Part shown: positions 39,488 to 47,631 of the stretch, one piece after another
How positions within the stretch are numbered: the stretch's first letter is position 1
Layout of the letters: each line of letters begins with the position of its first letter
Origin: Thermoanaerobacter sp. A7A
GTDB lineage: Bacteria; Bacillota; Thermoanaerobacteria; Thermoanaerobacterales; Thermoanaerobacteraceae
Direction of reading: 5' to 3'
Assembly (NCBI RefSeq): GCF_000445185.1
Contig: NZ_AVAF01000093.1
Coordinates: 33,357-97,356, forward strand
DNA: 64,000 nucleotides
Notes under the pieces: model-generated
The model's input: only the letters and a program-made list of their open reading frames with translations
Told to the model about the DNA's origin: nothing
Database searches by the model: none
Program-made: the position numbers and the translations under genes

Positions 39488-40528
39488 TTATCTCCTCCTG
39501 ATCATATCTCTTGCATCGCCCATAATAGCTCTAGGTACAGGCAAATCCAGCATAGTAACAAGACCTGGCTGCGCATTTATGACATGAGGTATCATATTGA
39601 CACAAAGAGCAATAGTACCTAGACCTCCAGGTATCTCAGGCTTTATAGACAACTTTATATTTGGAGTTCCTTTAATCTCAATATAGTCTCCAGTCTCTAC
39701 TCCTTCTTTTTGAGGTAATATCTGTTGCGGATGTTCCAATTCTATTTTTACCTCTCCATCTACCTTTCCATACCCTATTTGGCGACATCCAGCAACGTAA
39801 CCCGGCTCAACTCTTGCATAAGGGGTCTCTCTATAAGTTTTAGAAACTATAGGCTCTCTTGTCTGCTCAATACCTGAAAGTTTCCACCCTAAAGCATCAC
39901 AAATCATCGAAATAGACTCAGGAAATCCTATATGCCCTGCAACAGTCCCGTTTTTTACGCCTTCTTCAAATTCCTCAGGAGTGAGGCCCACCCCTTGTTC
40001 TTCCATAACAGCTTTTCCAAAAGGAGATAAGTCATTAATTCTTGCTGCTTTAATGGAATCAACATCTACGCAAACTCCCGTCAGTGCAATGATTAAATAG
40101 TCTAATACAAATCCCGGATTTATTCCTGTACCTAAGACAGATACGCCATTTTCTCTTGCAAGTCTGTCAATTTCTTTGGCTAATTCTAGATGTTGTGCAG
40201 AAGGATACGCCATCTCCTCAGCAGTTGTAATGACATTGATGCCATTTTCTACCGCCAATTTAATGAGCGGGAAAACCTTTTCTACATAGGAGGATGTAAC
40301 AATAACCGCTATATCAGCACTTCCTTTTTTTATAATATCTTGAGGTTCAGAAGTGATGTAAACAGGTTTAGAATTTGTCCCTAAAATTTCATTCAAATCC
40401 TTTCCTCTTTTATTTGGATCTGTATCAATTGCTCCAACTATTTCCATTCCTTTTTTAAAAAGTATCATCTTAGCAATACCACTTCCCATTGCACCAAGTC
40501 CCCATACAACCACTTTTATGTTTTCCAT
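39488..40528 (-). CDS. ord: 2,4-diaminopentanoate dehydrogenase
   Basis: WGLGAMGSG, TTAEEM, LGTG.NPGF.LD, GHIGF.ES, PEIPGG; operon context. Confidence 0.93.
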   Translation of the reverse strand: MENIKVVVWGLGAMGSGIAKMILFKKGMEIVGAIDTDPNKRGKDLNEILGTNSKPVYITSEPQDIIKKGSADIAVIVTSSYVEKVFPLIKLAVENGINVITTAEEMAYPSAQHLELAKEIDRLARENGVSVLGTGINPGFVLDYLIIALTGVCVDVDSIKAARINDLSPFGKAVMEEQGVGLTPEEFEEGVKNGTVAGHIGFPESISMICDALGWKLSGIEQTREPIVSKTYRETPYARVEPGYVAGCRQIGYGKVDGEVKIELEHPQQILPQKEGVETGDYIEIKGTPNIKLSIKPEIPGGLGTIALCVNMIPHVINAQPGLVTMLDLPVPRAIMGDARDMIRRR

Positions 40529-40608
40529 TCTATCACCTCTAAGAATTTTCTCTATATCTATATTGTATACATTTACTTAAGCTAAATAAAAGCTTTCCCA
40601 TTCCTTAA

Positions 40609-40651
40609 AAACCGAAGAAAACCCAATATTAAATTGGGTTTCCTTCGGTTT
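40609..40651 (-). terminator. 19-bp hairpin with U-tract upstream of ord
   Basis: AAACCGAAGGAAACCCAAT-TTAAT-ATTGGGTTTTCTTCGGTTT-TT. Confidence 0.7.
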
Positions 40652-40734
40652 GCGAGAGTATGCCTTAGTATGTTTCGATTTTCTTAATTTTTTGGAAAAT
40701 TAAACAATTCTTTTCATATTTATTCAAGGAATAA

Positions 40735-40769
40735 AATTAAAAATCCTGCATAATGCAGGATTTTTAATT
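40735..40769. terminator. Perfect 16-bp hairpin at the thioredoxin stop
   Basis: aattaaaaatcctgca-taa-tgcaggatttttaatt. Confidence 0.85.
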
Positions 40770-41435
40770 GTTTAAATGCTTTTCTATAAACTTTACAAAG
40801 TCTGCTTTAGGTCTTGCTCCTATTATTTTATCTACCATCTTGCCATTTTTGAAAAGTCCTATTGTAGGTATGCTCATTATTCTAAATTGCATTGCCAGCT
40901 CATTTTCTTCGTCTACATTAACTTTTCCTACTTTAATCTTTCCTTTATACTCTTTTGCTAGTTCATCTATTATGGGAGCAACTAATCTACAAGGTGCACA
41001 CCATTCAGCCCAAAAGTCTATCAATACTGGTACATCAGAGTTTACAACTTCTTCTTCGAAATTATCGTATGTAATTTCTACCTCGTCAGATTCTTCTGAT
41101 TGTGTAGCACCACCATTGAGATGTTTTTCTATAAACTTTACAAAGTCTGCTTTAGGTCTTGCTCCTATTATCTTATCTACCATTTTACCATTTTTGAAAA
41201 GCCCAATTGTTGGTATACTCATTATTCTAAATTTCATCGCCAATTCATTTTCTTCATCAACATTAATTTTACCTACTTTGATTTTTCCTTCATATTCTTT
41301 CGCCAATTCGTCAATTATTGGAGCCACCATTCTACAAGGCATACACCACTCAGCCCAAAAGTCTATTAAGACTGGTACATCTGAATTTACAACTTCTTGT
41401 TCAAAATTTTCAAGTGTAATAACTAATTCTGCCAT
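40764..41435 (-). CDS. Tandem two-domain thioredoxin
   Basis: Two Trx folds at a 115-aa period with WCMPC and WCAPC sites and cis-Pro SIPT motifs. Confidence 0.93.
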   Translation of the reverse strand: MAELVITLENFEQEVVNSDVPVLIDFWAEWCMPCRMVAPIIDELAKEYEGKIKVGKINVDEENELAMKFRIMSIPTIGLFKNGKMVDKIIGARPKADFVKFIEKHLNGGATQSEESDEVEITYDNFEEEVVNSDVPVLIDFWAEWCAPCRLVAPIIDELAKEYKGKIKVGKVNVDEENELAMQFRIMSIPTIGLFKNGKMVDKIIGARPKADFVKFIEKHLNN

Positions 41436-41537
41436 AAAACCACTCCTATACTTTTATTTCAATTTTATTTTTATACAAAGCAATTGCTTTATACATTTAT
41501 TATAAAACAAATTGCTCACAAAACCTAACTTTTAAAA

Positions 41538-41804
41538 TCACTTCATAAATTTTATAAATGTCTCAACTAGTTCATCTATCATGTCATCTTGCTTTTCAGT
41601 ACACATTGCTCCCTTTACACAGCTAGTAGTATAGCTTTTAAGAAGAATTTTGCCAACGCTGTTTATTGCAGACCTAACAGCAGCCACTTGTACCAGTACA
41701 TCTACACAATAGGCGTCATTTTCAATCATTTTTTGTATGCCTTTTACTTGTCCTTCAATTTTTCTTAATCTTCTCAACAAATCCTCTTTGCTATCTTGGT
41801 ACAT
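41538..41804 (-). CDS. CsoR/RcnR-family repressor lacking the metal-binding His
   Basis: RRLRKIEGQVKGI, YC.DVL.Q..AV, KSYTTSC. Confidence 0.9.
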   Translation of the reverse strand: MYQDSKEDLLRRLRKIEGQVKGIQKMIENDAYCVDVLVQVAAVRSAINSVGKILLKSYTTSCVKGAMCTEKQDDMIDELVETFIKFMK

Positions 41805-41816
41805 ATTATACCTCCC

Positions 41817-41870
41817 AACCCCATTGGGGTATCCAATGAATAGTATAAAAGTTTTTCACAGATATGTCAA
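41817..41870 (-). promoter_or_regulatory. SigA promoter with a CsoR-type operator
   Basis: TTGACA-N17-TATACT; TACCCC-AAT-GGGGTT between +1 and the RBS. Confidence 0.78.
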
Positions 41871-41880
41871 TAGCTTTTTG

Positions 41881-42591
41881 TTATTTTTTTAATAAATCCT
41901 TTACTACCTCTGCCGCTAAAATTAAGCCTGCTACAGAGGGAACAAAAGAAATACTGCCGGGTACCGATTTTGAAGAAGTTACAGTTTCCTCGCTTTGATA
42001 GAAATTTTTTAAAGGCTCTTCTTTAGAGTATACCACTTTTAAAGATTTAATACCTCTTTTTTTAAGTTCTCTTCTAACTATTTTTGCCAGAGGGCATACA
42101 CTTGTCTTGTATATATCCGTTACTTCAAATTTTGTAGGGTCTAATTTATTTCCTGCCCCCATACTGCTTACTATAGGAATATTTAACGAAATGCATTTTT
42201 CTATCAAATCTATTTTAGAAGGTACTCTGTCAATTGCATCAATCACATAGTCATACTCTTTAGACAAAAGCCTATCGCTATTTTCGCTAGAGTAAAACTC
42301 TTTAAAAATAATAACCTGGGCTTGAGGATTTATTTCCAATATCCTATCTTTCATCACTTCTACCTTTGGCTTGCCTATTGTATGAGTAGTAGCATGTATC
42401 TGTCTATTTATATTTGTGACACACACGTTGTCCCCGTCTATCAAAACCAATTTACCAACTCCTGCTCTTACTAAAGCTTCAACAGCAAAAGAGCCTACTC
42501 CTCCTATTCCAAAAACAGCAACAGTACTGTTTTTAAGTTTTAAAAGCCCTTCTTTCCCTATTAAAAGCTCTGTTCGTGAAAAAATGTCCAC
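41881..42591 (-). CDS. tcdA: tRNA threonylcarbamoyladenosine dehydratase (ThiF family)
   Basis: GIGGVGS...E.L.R.G, TN.NRQ, DAID, SSMGAGNK.DP, P.A..VR. Confidence 0.9.
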   Translation of the reverse strand: MDIFSRTELLIGKEGLLKLKNSTVAVFGIGGVGSFAVEALVRAGVGKLVLIDGDNVCVTNINRQIHATTHTIGKPKVEVMKDRILEINPQAQVIIFKEFYSSENSDRLLSKEYDYVIDAIDRVPSKIDLIEKCISLNIPIVSSMGAGNKLDPTKFEVTDIYKTSVCPLAKIVRRELKKRGIKSLKVVYSKEEPLKNFYQSEETVTSSKSVPGSISFVPSVAGLILAAEVVKDLLKK

Positions 42592-42609
42592 ACTCTTCCC
42601 TCCATAAAA

Positions 42610-42792
42610 AAAACCCCATAGTGCCGTGCCTCCCGGTAGTTTTTGAACCCGGACTCACAAAGTGGGTGCCCTCTTGGCAGCTTCATATTTCCGTTCGAAG
42701 ACGGCCTATATTCCACTGCCAAAGCCCAGGCTCCCTTATTATTGGTGTTGGCTCAAACTTTCACCGGACCTCACGTACACCACAGGGCTTTT
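42610..42792 (-). ncRNA. ssrS: 6S RNA
   Basis: Long terminal pairing (GCCCTGTGGTGT/GCACTATGGGGT, CCGGT/ACCGG, TTTGAGCC/GGTTCAAA) around a central bubble; aspS-6S-tcdA synteny as in B. subtilis bsrA. Confidence 0.9.
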
Positions 42793-42817
42793 CAGCTTTA
42801 TTCATCTTTCTATATAA

Positions 42818-42846
42818 ATAATAGCACAAAAGCCTCTATTTTTCAA
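42818..42846 (-). promoter_or_regulatory. 6S RNA promoter
   Basis: TTGAAA-N17-TATTAT with extended TGn. Confidence 0.7.
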
Positions 42847-42857
42847 CTGGTAAACGT

Positions 42858-44636
42858 TTATAGGTCTACCTTTATGTGCAATTCCTTTAACTGCTCTTCT
42901 GAAACCTCAGAAGGAGCATCTGTCATCAAGCACACTGCATTTTGAGTCTTTGGAAATGCAATTACATCCCTTATGGTGTCGCTTCCCGTTATAATCATTG
43001 CAAGCCTATCCAACCCATAAGCTATACCTCCATGGGGAGGAGCACCGTATTTGAAAGCCTCCATCAAAAATCCAAATCTTTCCCACGCTTTTTCTTCGCT
43101 AAATCCCAAAACTTTAAACATTCTTTTTTGAAGCTCAGTATCGTGTATCCTTATACTTCCTCCACCAATCTCTGTACCATTTAAAACTATGTCATAAGCC
43201 TTTGCCCTGACTTTTAAAGGTTCCTTTTCCAGTAGCTCTATATCTTCATCTTTAGGAGCAGTAAAAGGATGGTGCTTTGCTACATACCTTTTTTCTCCTT
43301 CGTCGTACTCTAAAAGTGGAAAATCTACTATCCAAACAAACTCATATTTATTCTCATCAATTAAATTAAATCTCTTGCCAAGCTCTAGCCTCAAATGAGC
43401 TAAAGTATCAAAAACTATTTCATCTTTGTCTGCCACAATTAGTAGCAAATCTCCGGCTTCTGCCTCAAGTCTTTCGAGTATTTTCTTCATTTCTTCTTCA
43501 CTTAAAAATTTAGTAGCAGGAGATTTCACTTCCTTTTCAAAAACTTGTATCCACAAAAGTCCTTTAGCGCCATAAGTTTTTGCAAACTCTACCAGTTCGT
43601 CCAACTGTCTTCTTGGCATAGAAGCAGCACCTTTTACATTTATACCTCTGACAGACCCGTTGTTTTTTAAAGCATTCTTAAACACATTAAATTCTGATTG
43701 TGCCACTATATCAGATAAATCCTTAAGTTCCATTCCAAACCTCAAGTCTGGTTTATCTGTCCCAAATCTTTCCATAGATTCTTGATAAGATAATCTTTTA
43801 AAAGGAATTGGTACATCAATGCCTAAAGTCTCTTTAAATATCTCTGCAATCATTTTTTCGTTAATTTTCAAAACATCTTCTACTTCTACAAAAGACATTT
43901 CTATATCTATTTGTGTAAACTCTGGTTGCCTATCTGCTCTTAAATCCTCATCTCTTAAACATTTGGCTATTTGGTAATACTTGTCAAATCCAGAAATCAT
44001 AAGAAGTTGTTTGAATATTTGAGGAGATTGAGGCAAAGCATAAAATTTTCCTGGATAAATTCTACTCGGTACAAGATAGTCCCTTGCCCCTTCTGGAGTA
44101 CTTTTAATTAAAAGAGGAGTTTCTATTTCTATAAAACCATTTCTGTTTAAAAAATCGCGGACAACTTTAGTTATTTTAAACCGAGTCATCAAATTTTGCT
44201 GCATTGAAGGCCTTCTCAAATCTAAGTATCTGTATTTCAACCTTATAGCTTCTGATACATTGCTCCTATCCTCTATTGGAAAAGGCGGAGTCTCTGATTT
44301 GCTTAAAATTTTTAAAGTATTAGCATATATTTCAATTTCTCCTGTAGAAATTTTAGGATTTACATTTTCCGGAGCCCTTTTTACCACTTTTCCCTCTATT
44401 GCCAGTACATATTCACTTCTTACGCTTTGCACTTTTTCAAAGGCTTCAGAAGAAACCTCATTGCTAAAAACCACCTGCACAATGCCTGTTCTATCTCTTA
44501 AATCTATAAATACTAATCCTCCATGGTCTCTTCTCCTTTGCACCCATCCCATTACTACAACTGACTTATCTACGTCTTCAACTGTCAATTCTCCACACAT
44601 GTGAGTTCTTTTAAGGCCATTTAATTGTTCTCCCAT
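42858..44636 (-). CDS. aspS: Aspartate--tRNA ligase
   Basis: RTH.CG, RRDHGG, EGARD, LPQSPQ, RQPEFTQ.D, PPHGG. Confidence 0.98.
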   Translation of the reverse strand: MGEQLNGLKRTHMCGELTVEDVDKSVVVMGWVQRRRDHGGLVFIDLRDRTGIVQVVFSNEVSSEAFEKVQSVRSEYVLAIEGKVVKRAPENVNPKISTGEIEIYANTLKILSKSETPPFPIEDRSNVSEAIRLKYRYLDLRRPSMQQNLMTRFKITKVVRDFLNRNGFIEIETPLLIKSTPEGARDYLVPSRIYPGKFYALPQSPQIFKQLLMISGFDKYYQIAKCLRDEDLRADRQPEFTQIDIEMSFVEVEDVLKINEKMIAEIFKETLGIDVPIPFKRLSYQESMERFGTDKPDLRFGMELKDLSDIVAQSEFNVFKNALKNNGSVRGINVKGAASMPRRQLDELVEFAKTYGAKGLLWIQVFEKEVKSPATKFLSEEEMKKILERLEAEAGDLLLIVADKDEIVFDTLAHLRLELGKRFNLIDENKYEFVWIVDFPLLEYDEGEKRYVAKHHPFTAPKDEDIELLEKEPLKVRAKAYDIVLNGTEIGGGSIRIHDTELQKRMFKVLGFSEEKAWERFGFLMEAFKYGAPPHGGIAYGLDRLAMIITGSDTIRDVIAFPKTQNAVCLMTDAPSEVSEEQLKELHIKVDL

Positions 44637-44650
44637 TTAACTCCCTCCGT

Positions 44651-45907
44651 TTATATATTTTTTATCCTTTGTTCTATCTCATCAATGGATATTTCTACTT
44701 CGCTTCCAACACTCATATCCTTTAATTTAACTTTGTTTTCCTTCATCTCTTCTTCTCCTATTACAATAGCAAATTTCGCATTAAGCTTATTGGCATACTT
44801 CATTTGAGCTTTTAAGCTTCTATCCATATTGTCTCTTTCTACTTTTAATCCATTAAATCGCAACTTATTTGCGAGAGCAAAAGTAAATAATTTTGCTTCT
44901 TCCCCAACATAAGCTATAAACAAGTCTACACCTTCAGGTTTAGGAATCTCAATGCCATTTTGCTCTAATGTAATAAGGAGCCTCTCTAACCCCATTCCAA
45001 AACCTACTCCCGGCATAGAAGGCCCTCCGCATTCTTCTATAAGACCATCATACCTTCCTCCACCGCATACAGTCCCCTGAGCTCCGATGTCTTTTGAAAT
45101 TATTTCAAAAGCAGTTTTGGTATAATAATCAAGTCCTCTCACAATTCTGGGATCAATTATATAATCATAGCCCATTATATCTAAATATTTTTGTAGCTCT
45201 TCAAAATGACTTTTGCAATCATCACACAAATAATCTGTAATGAGAGGGGCATCTTTGGTTATCCTCTGACAACTTTCTACTTTGCAATCCAACACCCTCA
45301 AAGGATTTATCTCATATCTGACTTTACAGTCGTCACACAAATACTCCAAATTGTTCTTCAAAAACTCTTTAAGCACTTTATTATAATTTTTTCTACAAAC
45401 AGGACATCCTACACTATTTATTCTAAGCTCCAAATTATTAAGCCCCAATTTTTTTAAAAGTGTCATAGCAACACTTATAACTTCTGCATCTGCAGAGGCG
45501 CTTTTAGCACCAAATATTTCGACTCCAAATTGGTGATGTTCTCTTAGCCTTCCCGATTGAGGCCTTTCATATCTGTAAACAGGAGTTATATAATACAATT
45601 TAGTAGGTTGCGTCTCTGCATACAAATTGTGCTCTATAAATGCTCTTACAGCTGGAGAAGTACCTTCAGGCTTCAGAGTAATGCTTCGCCCTCCCTTATC
45701 CGTAAAAGTATACATCTCTTTTCTCACAATGTCAGTCGATTCCCCTACTCCTCTTAAAAACAACTCAGTATGTTCAAAGCCAGGCGTTCTTATCTCTTTA
45801 AAACCGTAAACATCACATATCTCCCTTATGAGTCCTTCTATATATTGCCATTTATATGATTCTGAAGGAAGAACATCCTTCGTACCTCTTGGCGCTTTTG
45901 TAAGCAT
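44651..45907 (-). CDS. hisS: Histidine--tRNA ligase
   Basis: PRGT.D, L.PEGT, RYERPQ.GR.RE, LVRGLDYY, GGGRYDG. Confidence 0.98.
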   Translation of the reverse strand: MLTKAPRGTKDVLPSESYKWQYIEGLIREICDVYGFKEIRTPGFEHTELFLRGVGESTDIVRKEMYTFTDKGGRSITLKPEGTSPAVRAFIEHNLYAETQPTKLYYITPVYRYERPQSGRLREHHQFGVEIFGAKSASADAEVISVAMTLLKKLGLNNLELRINSVGCPVCRKNYNKVLKEFLKNNLEYLCDDCKVRYEINPLRVLDCKVESCQRITKDAPLITDYLCDDCKSHFEELQKYLDIMGYDYIIDPRIVRGLDYYTKTAFEIISKDIGAQGTVCGGGRYDGLIEECGGPSMPGVGFGMGLERLLITLEQNGIEIPKPEGVDLFIAYVGEEAKLFTFALANKLRFNGLKVERDNMDRSLKAQMKYANKLNAKFAIVIGEEEMKENKVKLKDMSVGSEVEISIDEIEQRIKNI

Positions 45908-45944
45908 TTCACCAACTCCTTTTACATTTTGTAAAAACTTTATA

Positions 45945-46175
45945 CATTTAAAAACCCCTCGTCTGCAACAATTTGCAGGGACGAGAGGTTAAATCCCGTG
46001 GTGCCACCCTGATTTGGACTCATTCCCTTAACGCAGGTTCACGGACACAGCCTACCTTATCGACTGGTCTGCTCACAGGTGTCTTTCGCAATAGCATAAG
46101 TATGAAGATACTCTCAATCACGGTATCTTCTCCCTGTATACCTGCTATTGCTACTCTCCTGGTCATCGCATTTAT
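45945..46175 (-). promoter_or_regulatory. T-box leader of hisS-aspS (Asp specifier GAC)
   Basis: Stem I with AGTA/GAA loop and AGGGAG box; specifier loop GAAAGACA; GGGTGGCACCACGG...CGTCCC antiterminator; terminator with T-tract. Confidence 0.92.
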
Positions 46176-46192
46176 CCTTCATTTTATTTGAT

Positions 46193-46222
46193 ATTATACA
46201 TTATACTATTACTAACTGTCAA
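46193..46222 (-). promoter_or_regulatory. SigA promoter for the T-box leader
   Basis: TTGACA-N18-TATAAT. Confidence 0.7.
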
Positions 46223-46253
46223 TCACAATTATCTTTTACATTTTTATTGCTAA

Positions 46254-46505
46254 TTGGGCATTGTTCTACAATGTCTTTTTTTATATTTTCCTAATATTCC
46301 ACCAACTATTGACAAAACAATTTCGAACTTTGATTTAGAAGATAGAAGAAAAATACATATTTCTTTAACAAAAAAAGGAGAAAATATTTATAAACATTTG
46401 GTAGACTTTAGAATGAAAGTCTTACAGCCAATTTTTGAAAAACTCTCTCCCCAAGAAATAGAAACATTAAAAAGCATATTGCAAAAAATTAAAGAAGAAC
46501 TATAA
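46254..46505 (+). pseudogene. MarR-family remnant (C-terminal half only)
   Basis: PNIPPTIDK...DLEDRRKIHISLTKKG wing motif and C-terminal helix; no N-terminal half and no RBS. Confidence 0.75.
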
Positions 46506-46527
46506 TTTTGAAGGTCCTCTTGCTTTT

Positions 46528-47160
46528 TCACTCCATCAAATCCCTCAAAAACAGATTAAGTCTCTTTTCTTTGCCAATAGTTGAAGAGTCCCCATGACCG
46601 GGGTATATTGTAACATCATTTCCTAAAACTAAAAGCTTATTTTTTATAGAGTCCCTTAAAGTAGAAAAATCTCCTCCAGGAAAATCGTGTCTTCCTATTG
46701 AGCCTTTAAAAAGAGTATCTCCTGTAAAACAGACGTTATCAATTTTAAAACACACTCCGCCCTTTGTGTGTCCTGGAGTGTGTAGGATTTCTACTTTGTA
46801 TTTTCCAAAATATAGAGTATCACCGTCACTTAATAAAATATCTGCAGGATTGCATAGTATTTTTTTATAGACCATTTCAGATAAGTTTAAACTAGGGTCT
46901 AAAAGCATAGGAGCGTCTTCTTTTGAAATGGCAACTCTTGCTTGAGTTAGTTTTTTCAGCTCTTCTACTCCACCTATGTGATCAAAATGCCCATGTGTGA
47001 GTAAAATATATTTTACATTTAAATTGTTAGTAACAATATAATCTTGTATTTCAGATGAATATTCCCCTGGGTCTATTACAATTGCTTCCCTCTCTTCTTC
47101 GTCAGAAACAATATAGCAATTGGCTCCATAAAGTCCTACCACATACCTTTGTATTTTCAT
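46528..47160 (-). CDS. MBL-fold metallo-hydrolase (glyoxalase II-like), start at MKIQRY
   Basis: NCY, IDPG, THGHFDHIG, TPGHT.G, FTGDTLF, YPGHG. Confidence 0.92.
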   Translation of the reverse strand: MKIQRYVVGLYGANCYIVSDEEEREAIVIDPGEYSSEIQDYIVTNNLNVKYILLTHGHFDHIGGVEELKKLTQARVAISKEDAPMLLDPSLNLSEMVYKKILCNPADILLSDGDTLYFGKYKVEILHTPGHTKGGVCFKIDNVCFTGDTLFKGSIGRHDFPGGDFSTLRDSIKNKLLVLGNDVTIYPGHGDSSTIGKEKRLNLFLRDLME

Positions 47161-47170
47161 AAACTCACTC

Positions 47171-47629
47171 CTAAAATATTTTTTTAGAATCAATAAGTAT
47201 AGTAACAGGCCCGTCATTTTCAATTAATACTTTCATCATGGCCTGAAATTTACCTGTTTTGACACTCACACCTCTTTTTTCAATCTCATTTACTAATAAA
47301 TTAAAATACTTCAAAGCCTCTTCCGGCTTTTGAGCCATCATAAAATTAGGCCTTCTGCCTTTTCTCACATCTCCCAGCAAAGTAAATTGAGAGACGAGCA
47401 AAACTTCTCCTCCTATATCCAAAAGCGACAAATTCATTTTTCCTTCTTCATCCTCAAAAACACGTAAATTTACTATTTTATCCGCCATGTACATTACGTC
47501 ATTTTCATTATCATCAACAGATATGCCAACCAAAACAACAAATCCTTTCCCTATTGAACTTATTACTTCTCCATCTACACTTACTTCTCCGCGAGTCACT
47601 CTTTGAACAACAGCTCTCAAAAAAATCAC
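47171..47629 (-). CDS. dtd: D-aminoacyl-tRNA deacylase (probable TTG start 47620)
   Basis: RAVVQRV, SQFTL, GRRP.F, NDGPVT. Confidence 0.97.
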   Translation of the reverse strand: MIFLRAVVQRVTRGEVSVDGEVISSIGKGFVVLVGISVDDNENDVMYMADKIVNLRVFEDEEGKMNLSLLDIGGEVLLVSQFTLLGDVRKGRRPNFMMAQKPEEALKYFNLLVNEIEKRGVSVKTGKFQAMMKVLIENDGPVTILIDSKKIF

Positions 47630-47631
47630 CT

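Noticed and set aside
40600-40700. c-di-GMP-I, cobalamin or ANTAR element in the ord leader
   Set aside because: Only isolated GAAA/GCAAA words; no P1/P2 pairing, B12 box or twin hexaloop hairpins could be built
40768-41505. 245-aa plus-strand ORF
   Set aside because: Antisense shadow of the tandem thioredoxin; its repeat only mirrors the real gene and there is no RBS or recognisable motif
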